IMG/VR virus record: IMGVR_UViG_3300030060_005952
Coordinates: 1-64,000 of that record
DNA length: 64,000 nucleotides
From: a virus
Reading direction: 5' to 3' (one strand)
The number at the start of each line of letters is the position of its first letter. Position 1 is the stretch's first letter. The notes beneath the pieces were generated by a model, which worked only from the letters and a program-made list of their open reading frames with translations, was not told the origin of the DNA and did no database searches. Both the position numbers and the translations under genes were made by a program. This document shows positions 8,507 to 15,438 of the stretch, piece after piece.

Positions 8507-8682
8507 TGGCGCTCAAAAGAAACAGTTGCTGTTGCGGTGGTAGCAAGAAGAATCCGTGTAAATGTATGGAAAAAGGAGTGATGAAGTGCTCCATGACACC
8601 ACCCCGATGTCCATGCTACAGTCTACTACATGCGCAGAGGAAGGCTGCTGATAAATTAACAAAAATGGTGTTTGTGATATGA
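8506..8682 (+). CDS. small Cys/Lys-rich protein (probable start ATG 8506)
   Basis: TAATG coupling; CCCGG...CKC...C...CPC. Confidence 0.6.
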   Translation: MALKRNSCCCGGSKKNPCKCMEKGVMKCSMTPPRCPCYSLLHAQRKAADKLTKMVFVI

Positions 8683-8873
8683 TAGGTTCTTGTGGTTGTG
8701 GTCATTGCGTCGGTATGAGTGGTGCTTGGGATGCTTTGGAAAAGAAGCTCTGTCCAGAAGGAAAAGCGGCTGCAAAAAGAAAATTCAAAGTTTATCCCTC
8801 TGCCTATGCTAATGGATGGGCCGTACAGTATTGTAGAGGAAAATTCAGAGGCAAGAAGGGGAAGAAGAAATGA
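8679..8873 (+). CDS. small basic protein (PSAYA motif, DUF5872-like N-part)
   Basis: MSGAWDALEKK...KFKVYPSAYANGW. Confidence 0.7.
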   Translation: MIGSCGCGHCVGMSGAWDALEKKLCPEGKAAAKRKFKVYPSAYANGWAVQYCRGKFRGKKGKKK

Positions 8874-9190
8874 GCGAACGCTGCACTTGCCACAATACGT
8901 TAGTTGTGAAGAACCTCAATCGTTGGTTCAAGGAGAAGTGGGTGGACGTATCGAGAAAGGACCCGAAAACAGGCAAACATCCCCCGTGTGGACGGTCAAA
9001 GGCAAAATTATCAGGAAAGGGTTACCCGAAATGCAGACCCTCAGTAAAAGTGTCGAGCAAGACTCCGAAGACATCTGGAAGCATGTCAGGTGGACAGAAA
9101 CAGGCCGCAACAAAAAGAAAAAGGGCAAAAAAGCAGGGTGTTGGTGGGAAACCGACGATTGTTAAGTCATATTGGGTTAAAATCGTATAA
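8870..9190 (+). CDS. small basic protein (LxRWFKEKWVDV motif, DUF5872-like C-part)
   Basis: LNRWFKEKWVDV...PCGRS...YPKCRP. Confidence 0.7.
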   Translation: MSERCTCHNTLVVKNLNRWFKEKWVDVSRKDPKTGKHPPCGRSKAKLSGKGYPKCRPSVKVSSKTPKTSGSMSGGQKQAATKRKRAKKQGVGGKPTIVKSYWVKIV

Positions 9191-9266
9191 TTCTAATTAT
9201 TCTATTATTCCTTTAGATACAATAATAATTATTATAGTGTATAGATAGAATAATGAATAATTGGAA
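9191..9266. repeat. AT-rich imperfect palindrome of about 76 bp
   Basis: arms TTCTAATTATTCTATTATTC (9191-9210) and GAATAATGAATAATTGGAA (9248-9266) around the perfect 14-bp palindrome ATAATAATTATTAT (9222-9235). Confidence 0.8.
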
Positions 9267-9330
9267 ATATCCTCCTGTCTAACCTACAATTGGGTCAAAA
9301 CTCTTAAGATGTCCCCTATGTTGGCACGGC

Positions 9331-9978
9331 ATGAGGTCGGTTCACATGGATTGGAACAATGATGGTCAGGTTGATAACGCTGAACTAAGATTAACAGGTT
9401 TGATTTTAGCACAATCAGCACTAATAGGAGTAGCAGTGGGAGTCTTTGACTCAGGTATTTGGTTGCCAGCAGGTAATGGTGACCACGTTGTAAATGGCAT
9501 GACGTACGCAATGGGCGCTTTAGCAGTTCAAATTCTAGCTTATTACGTTTTCAAAATGTTCTTTGAGCAGTCAATGAAGGTTAGAGTGAATACACAAAAT
9601 CTACAACGTGATAGGGAAATCAGACTTAGAAGCATGCAAACAGAGCATGAACAGAGAAGGATAGATATGGAGCTTAGAATACAAGAGATGCAATTAGAAA
9701 GAGAACTCATGGCATTCAAGCAAAATCCTAGTCTTTTAATGCAGGAAACAATTACTGTGCCAGCTCCACCCAAACCCCAGAGTGGTGTAATGAGCTTAGG
9801 TTTGGATAGAATTGGAAATACGCAGGAAACATATACACCTCCTAGAGTTGTGCAAAATCCCGGCGTTACCACACTTTCTTTAAATCAAATGGCTGATGAT
9901 TTGGTAAAGGAAGAAAACAACAGTAATGTGCGTTTGAAGAAGGATGGAACCCCAGACCTTAGATACAAAAAGAGTTGA
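9331..9978 (+). CDS. two-TM membrane protein with EF-hand-like N-terminus and coiled coil
   Basis: DWNNDGQVDNAE; two hydrophobic helices; E/R/Q coiled coil; C-terminal RLKKDGTPDLRYK. Confidence 0.75.
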   Translation: MRSVHMDWNNDGQVDNAELRLTGLILAQSALIGVAVGVFDSGIWLPAGNGDHVVNGMTYAMGALAVQILAYYVFKMFFEQSMKVRVNTQNLQRDREIRLRSMQTEHEQRRIDMELRIQEMQLERELMAFKQNPSLLMQETITVPAPPKPQSGVMSLGLDRIGNTQETYTPPRVVQNPGVTTLSLNQMADDLVKEENNSNVRLKKDGTPDLRYKKS

Positions 9979-10247
9979 GGGAGCCTTCAATGGGACGTAT
10001 ATTCAAAACGCCAAAGGATGATTCTGTAGAAGAAACTTTGAGAGCCATGCATTTGGCTAATACTTTTGATAATACTTACGAATGGGGCATTGGTTGGCTT
10101 AGAACAATCATCATCAGTGGCGCTACTGCTCTCGCAGTTAGTGCAATAGAAGCTAACAGCGCATACAGTCTTTGGGAATTGACTGTTGAGTGGGGATACA
10201 GACAAGTAAGCTCTTTTGGAAATTGGTTGCTTGGACTGGTGCCTTAA
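9975..10247 (+). CDS. small membrane protein (start possibly ATG 9990)
   Basis: hydrophobic IGWLRTIIISGATALAVSAI segment; GAGGGAG RBS before ATG 9990. Confidence 0.65.
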   Translation: MREPSMGRIFKTPKDDSVEETLRAMHLANTFDNTYEWGIGWLRTIIISGATALAVSAIEANSAYSLWELTVEWGYRQVSSFGNWLLGLVP

Positions 10248-10961
10248 ATGAGTATGGCGGGTAGCGCCTTAGTTGGCGCAGCTATATGGGGTAGAACTCT
10301 ATACGATTCTTGGAGGCCAAGAAAAGTAGGAATTTATGGAGCATCTCTTGTTGGTAAGACCACTCTTGATAGATACATGACCACACCCGGTGAGATGGAA
10401 GATATACCGGAGGAAGAGAGAACTAGACATTACAAGTTGCTAAGTCAGTATATTTTACCAAAACCAACCGCTAAAAGAGTGAAATACGACAATCATACTA
10501 GATTAGTGCACTCTTCTGACATGGGTGGTCAAAAAGAATACTGGAATCTATGGATAGACGATATGGTAGCTAGACAGGTGGAAGCCGTTGTTTTTGTATT
10601 CGATGACCGTGCATTCAAGGGAGGTAAAGAAAGTTTAGACCAAATAGCCGGTTTCAAGTTTCTAGTAGATGTTCTTACAACTAGAAATTGGAGATACAGA
10701 AACTTAAAATCTTGGTGGAAAGGTAGAAAATACTCACCAAAAGTAATAATGCTTGTAGCTAACAAAGCAGATAGGTTCTTCGATGATACCGCAGCAAGAT
10801 TATGGCCACAAGGGAGAATAGGCGAGCACAAGATATTCGACCCGTTCAGAGATGACCTCATAAGATTACAAAAAGCTGGCATTCCAACTAAGCGCTCTTT
10901 TATGGCAACTAGGATAGGTTGGAACGTAGAACCTACTATGATAGAACTTCTGACCTCATGA
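10248..10961 (+). CDS. Ras-superfamily small GTPase, Arf/Sar-like
   Basis: G1 GASLVGKTT, G3 DMGGQ, VEAVVFVFD, G4 VANKAD; N-terminal hydrophobic helix. Confidence 0.85.
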   Translation: MSMAGSALVGAAIWGRTLYDSWRPRKVGIYGASLVGKTTLDRYMTTPGEMEDIPEEERTRHYKLLSQYILPKPTAKRVKYDNHTRLVHSSDMGGQKEYWNLWIDDMVARQVEAVVFVFDDRAFKGGKESLDQIAGFKFLVDVLTTRNWRYRNLKSWWKGRKYSPKVIMLVANKADRFFDDTAARLWPQGRIGEHKIFDPFRDDLIRLQKAGIPTKRSFMATRIGWNVEPTMIELLTS

Positions 10962-10996
10962 GTGACCTTTTTGATGTATAACGTTGTGCGATTAAC

Positions 10997-11194
10997 ATGG
11001 CTGGCGGCGGTTCCACCACTGTTCTTGTTTCCACTGGAGGCAAAAGCAACTCCCTAAGAACCACTTTTCCTATGTGGTTAGTAGAACAATTTGAGTTGAA
11101 ATCTGGACAAAAGGTAGAATGGAAGGTCGCATCTGATGATTCTGGGGAATTATTCATCAAGGTAAAGCCACGAGGTGTCTCCGATGGTGCTTGA
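10997..11194 (+). CDS. AbrB/MazE/SpoVT-type swapped-hairpin DNA-binding protein
   Basis: SLRTTFPMWLVEQFELKSGQKVEWKV...ELFIK pattern. Confidence 0.75.
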   Translation: MAGGGSTTVLVSTGGKSNSLRTTFPMWLVEQFELKSGQKVEWKVASDDSGELFIKVKPRGVSDGA

Positions 11195-12158
11195 TATCCC
11201 AGACAACATGTATCGCCAAGTGACTGGTCAAAGACTACAACCGACCCAATCACTTTCACAAATGAACGAAGCCGCAATGATTGCATTATCCCAACAAGGA
11301 AATCAGAATCTATCTCACGCTGCATTAGTAGAGCAAGCTGTTGCTCAACAGCAAATGCAAGTGATGGCACAACAGAAAAATCTAGAAGTTCCAAAAGTGA
11401 ATTTCTATCCTAGCACGCATCCTGACCCTAGAAAAGCTAGGAAGCAGGACATAAAGCAAGCTTACAAGTTACTTAAACCGACTAAGCGCTCTTTGTTAGA
11501 CCCCAGAAGATGGTTGGGTAGCAAGTATAGATACACCAAAGATACTGGTACTTGTGTTATCGATGGGTGTAATGTCAAAGAACTCATCGAGTATGACAAT
11601 CTTTACGCACGTATAACTGATGAGGAAACAGGAAGAAGCCTATGGGATATGTATTGGCAGAATCCTGTAACTGGACAAACTGAAGCTTTTGTAGCTCGTG
11701 AAGGAGTTACGAGTGGCAGAAGAATGAAGGGTACTTATTGCCCAGAGCATCTACATTTGTATCATTTACTATGTAAATGGGAAGAAGAGCAAGAAAAAGA
11801 AGATGAGATGAAACCATCTAGATTCCGCGATAAGATGAAGAAAGGAGTTAGTTTAGTTACTGTGCCCGTATCCATCATGTCTCAGAAACAAGGTCCCACT
11901 CATAGCTTAGTTCAGAAATATGAGAGTTTCTTTACTGAAATAGAGAAGGACGCAATCAAATCCAAAGGAATCAATGTCTGGCACATTCCCAATCCAGAAA
12001 CAGGAAACAACGATATAACCATGGTACAATTCGATATGAGAATGTTTCAAAAAGAATTACTTGAGTCTTCTATGCCTACACCGGCCTTCCAAGCATTTCT
12101 GAACCAACAGCCTCAAACCCAACCACCCATACCGCCCATACAGGAGGCTACACAATGA
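11175..12158 (+). CDS. hypothetical protein, possible Zn-binding (CxxxxC...CPEH)
   Basis: 327-aa ORF; GAGGTG RBS; Q-rich N-terminus. Confidence 0.75.
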   Translation: MSPMVLDIPDNMYRQVTGQRLQPTQSLSQMNEAAMIALSQQGNQNLSHAALVEQAVAQQQMQVMAQQKNLEVPKVNFYPSTHPDPRKARKQDIKQAYKLLKPTKRSLLDPRRWLGSKYRYTKDTGTCVIDGCNVKELIEYDNLYARITDEETGRSLWDMYWQNPVTGQTEAFVAREGVTSGRRMKGTYCPEHLHLYHLLCKWEEEQEKEDEMKPSRFRDKMKKGVSLVTVPVSIMSQKQGPTHSLVQKYESFFTEIEKDAIKSKGINVWHIPNPETGNNDITMVQFDMRMFQKELLESSMPTPAFQAFLNQQPQTQPPIPPIQEATQ

Positions 12159-12763
12159 GTTTGGGAATAACATCCAACAACACACAGCAAAGTGGGCTTT
12201 CCCTTGGTGTTTCTGGTATGCAAAATGGCTATCAGCAAAATAGCATGATGGGAGCTCAGAACAATTTTATGAACGGCATGATGGGAGGCATGGGAATAAA
12301 TCAACAGTATTACAACGCTCCAGTCGCGCCACCCAGTGACACTGAAATCCTAGCATCAATGCTTGGAACCATACAACCCATTGATAGATTCATCATCAGT
12401 CAAAATATGCCTATATTCGTAGAAATGCTAAGTAATATCTCTGCTTTTTCCATACTTAACATTCTAAAGAACTGCTCCTTCAAATTAGATGATGAAGGTG
12501 TTATGAAAATGGACTTACAATCACTACCTTCTGACTTACAGACTCTAAGTGCTGAAAATATAATAGCACAACTAAGTAATATGCAAAATGCATCACAACA
12601 AGCTGTTACCATGGCTCAACAAGAGCGTGATAGAATAATAGCGATTTCACAACAAAGTCTCCTTCAAGGCGCTCTGGGCGCAGCCTTGGAGGACCAAACT
12701 TTCCTTGAGAATGCCGGAAGTGCTGCAGGTGGAATGCTAAGAAGCGCTTTCGGAATGAGGTGA
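12155..12763 (+). CDS. hypothetical protein with Q/N/G/M low-complexity N-terminus
   Basis: 202-aa ORF, ATGA coupling, GGAGG RBS. Confidence 0.75.
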   Translation: MSLGITSNNTQQSGLSLGVSGMQNGYQQNSMMGAQNNFMNGMMGGMGINQQYYNAPVAPPSDTEILASMLGTIQPIDRFIISQNMPIFVEMLSNISAFSILNILKNCSFKLDDEGVMKMDLQSLPSDLQTLSAENIIAQLSNMQNASQQAVTMAQQERDRIIAISQQSLLQGALGAALEDQTFLENAGSAAGGMLRSAFGMR

Positions 12764-13023
12764 TTAACATGATGAGTGGAGGAAGTCCTACAGATTACAT
12801 ACCAAAACCGATTGCTGAAATGACTATGCAAATGATGTCTCCAAAAAGAAGTGTAATCATTGATATGGTAATGGTACAACTGATTAGTGCAATACTACTT
12901 GGGTTAGGCATTCTATTTTTCAGAGGTAATGAATTAACTGCATCTGAAACATCCACATATATGATTGGTGTCTTTGTATCTTTTTTGCTATTAACCTCAA
13001 TTTATGGTAGAATCACTAGATAG
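12760..13023 (+). CDS. small two-TM membrane protein (holin-like topology)
   Basis: two hydrophobic helices in 87 aa; GAGGTGA RBS before ATG 12769. Confidence 0.7.
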   Translation: MINMMSGGSPTDYIPKPIAEMTMQMMSPKRSVIIDMVMVQLISAILLGLGILFFRGNELTASETSTYMIGVFVSFLLLTSIYGRITR

Positions 13024-13055
13024 AATTATCAAACTACCCACCACATCGGGGTATC

Positions 13056-13733
13056 GTGGGCGAGCAGGTCACTAAGCGCTCTTGTGCATTTTGTCAACAT
13101 CCTGATAGAGCGATTTATGAAGAAGCAATGCTCAATGGTGAAATGACCGCCAAGCAATTAGATAAGGAAATGGGTTGGAGAGCAAACACTGCTGACAGAC
13201 ATTTTAGAAATCATATGGGTGAATACCATATGGCTGCAAATCCTAGTTGTGTAATTTGCTCACACCCAGACAGAGCAGAGTTTGAACATCGATATTTCAC
13301 AAATGGCTCAGAGTCAGACTCAATAGCAGCAGAGCTTGGAGTTGCAGAAAACACAGTATTTCATCACATGAAGTTTCATTTCCAACCATTAGTACAAAAA
13401 TCAGCGGCAACTGAGGTAGCCATCCAAGTTGGTAACGAAATGAATGTCTTACGTGGTAATGTGGAAAGATTAAACAGTAGGCTCAATGAATTTCTAGATG
13501 AGACTAGCATACATGAAGATGGTTTTGTTAGAGACGCAGTAAGTCTGCACAAAGAGGTTAGAGAATCTGTTAAGGATTTATTGAAAATGAACGATGCTTG
13601 GGGTACACAAAGTGATACACCACAAATAAATCAAACAATAAACGTCTTGAAAGTAGAACTTGCTAAGGAAAGTCCTGAAACTTGGAAGAGAATAAGAGAG
13701 ACACTTTTGGAAACGGAGGCTGAAGAAGTATGA
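13056..13733 (+). CDS. putative terminase small subunit with duplicated CxxCxHPDR Zn/HTH module
   Basis: CAFCQHPDR...HFRNH and CVICSHPDR...HMKFH repeats followed by coiled coil; upstream of terminase large subunit. Confidence 0.55.
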   Translation: MGEQVTKRSCAFCQHPDRAIYEEAMLNGEMTAKQLDKEMGWRANTADRHFRNHMGEYHMAANPSCVICSHPDRAEFEHRYFTNGSESDSIAAELGVAENTVFHHMKFHFQPLVQKSAATEVAIQVGNEMNVLRGNVERLNSRLNEFLDETSIHEDGFVRDAVSLHKEVRESVKDLLKMNDAWGTQSDTPQINQTINVLKVELAKESPETWKRIRETLLETEAEEV

Positions 13734-14134
13734 TTTCCATAAGCGACCTCATGCAAATTACTCATCCCGGTCACAGACATTACATTTCTCAGAAAAATAT
13801 ACATGATGATGATTTGCCACTTTTCTTAGATTATTGTGTAACAGTCGTTGAGAGGTTTAATCATCATTCGGAAAAGAACTTTCAGACCAGTCTTGAAAAC
13901 AAAAATTGTATAGTGAACATAGTTGATTTAATGGCTTCTTTACATATGACTGATGAGCCTGAAGATGTGTTTGAAATTAGAAAGAAATTACACAGAGAAT
14001 TATCAAATTTTGATTATGTTTGTACAGTCATGGCTAGATGTTTCGTTAGTCCGGGGTTTGTAAAAGAATTCTATGAAAATCTTTCTAAGAAGCTAAATGA
14101 TGAAATATCAGCATACGCGGGGTTGGAATTATGA
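13730..14134 (+). CDS. hypothetical protein
   Basis: 134-aa ORF, coupled to both neighbours. Confidence 0.7.
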   Translation: MISISDLMQITHPGHRHYISQKNIHDDDLPLFLDYCVTVVERFNHHSEKNFQTSLENKNCIVNIVDLMASLHMTDEPEDVFEIRKKLHRELSNFDYVCTVMARCFVSPGFVKEFYENLSKKLNDEISAYAGLEL

Positions 14135-15438
14135 CGGAGGGGATGCAGGGACGTTCCTCCGATACGAGGATGTATAATCCACGTAGTGAATCCTCCCATA
14201 TGTATCGTAATAATCACGAAGAAGATACATACAGTCCTGATGATGCAAAGCATCGTGATGAGCGTTATGAGGAAAAGCAAAAGAAGAAGGAAAAAGAAAA
14301 GAAAGAACGTGATAAAGTAAAGCATATTCGTATCAGACCCAAAGACCTACCACCTTCAGAAGATGAAAATGACGATGATGAAGATGAAGGTATGTACAAA
14401 CCTGACAAAAGAAATGCTGAGAGAGAAATCTCAGCTATCACTGGACCACCCGGCAACGGTGGTTTTCTCACGAGTCTTGCTACACAAGCAAAAGGACCCG
14501 GCGCTGCTGGTGGAAATATGTTCGCCATGAGTGAGGTTATGGATGATGCTTGGTCTAGTCTTTTAAAATCAAAAGAAAGTAAGAAAGCAAAGAAAGATAA
14601 GAAAGAGAGAAGTAAGAAATTCCGACCTTCTACGGGACAATTCAAGACTCCACCCGGTGGTTCAATGGGACCGAAAGGAGCCACTGAAAGAAGAAGAAAA
14701 AGTGTTAGAAGGGCTGTTTCAAGAGGTAAGTTGACCGGAATGAAAGATGCTCCAAAAGCAGTTGAGATGGAACACAGGGGTGTGTCGGTCAAACAACCAT
14801 TATCAAAAGACCCTGCTAGATACAGAGATTATCAAGGTACAATGGAAGCCAGAAAAAGACTAGGTGGAGTAAGACAAGACACATCTTCACAAAGAAGATT
14901 CGGGCAAAGAAAATACCAAGCAGGACCAACTGGTGGCGGTAGACTTCTTGGTGGCGTTGGTGTTAGAAAACCCAGAATACACTCTCCTAGAATGTCACAT
15001 AGAGTTTCGATGCCTCATTTGAACAGACCTAAAACTCCTTCTGCTGGATTATCAATGGGTAAAATGGGTCTAAGACAAAGCGTAATGGGACCTCCACCAG
15101 TAACGGCGATAGCTCCACCAGCACCAATGCCAAGTCCAAATCAACAGTTTCAAATGAGTTCTGATTACGTGCCTTACAGCGATATTCTCAAAGCAAAAAT
15201 TACAGCATCGGACATAGCCGAGATGAGAAGAATGCTGTTTGAAATTAGAAGAGAACTCAAAGACAAGGACAAAAAGAGCAAATCGATGGGAACCAAAGAC
15301 ACTGCTGGAGCTGGGGATGACAAACCCAAAAGCAAGAATGGTGGATTCAAACAGACCTCACGACCACAAGGGGGAACCGAGGACGCCACTGATATGACGG
15401 GTATCCTTCCTGAAAATCGTGGGGGAGCCACCGCATGA
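14131..15438 (+). CDS. basic, low-complexity putative internal head protein with internal AW-LK motif
   Basis: MDDAWSSLLKS, DILKA; K/R-rich. Confidence 0.7.
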   Translation: MTEGMQGRSSDTRMYNPRSESSHMYRNNHEEDTYSPDDAKHRDERYEEKQKKKEKEKKERDKVKHIRIRPKDLPPSEDENDDDEDEGMYKPDKRNAEREISAITGPPGNGGFLTSLATQAKGPGAAGGNMFAMSEVMDDAWSSLLKSKESKKAKKDKKERSKKFRPSTGQFKTPPGGSMGPKGATERRRKSVRRAVSRGKLTGMKDAPKAVEMEHRGVSVKQPLSKDPARYRDYQGTMEARKRLGGVRQDTSSQRRFGQRKYQAGPTGGGRLLGGVGVRKPRIHSPRMSHRVSMPHLNRPKTPSAGLSMGKMGLRQSVMGPPPVTAIAPPAPMPSPNQQFQMSSDYVPYSDILKAKITASDIAEMRRMLFEIRRELKDKDKKSKSMGTKDTAGAGDDKPKSKNGGFKQTSRPQGGTEDATDMTGILPENRGGATA

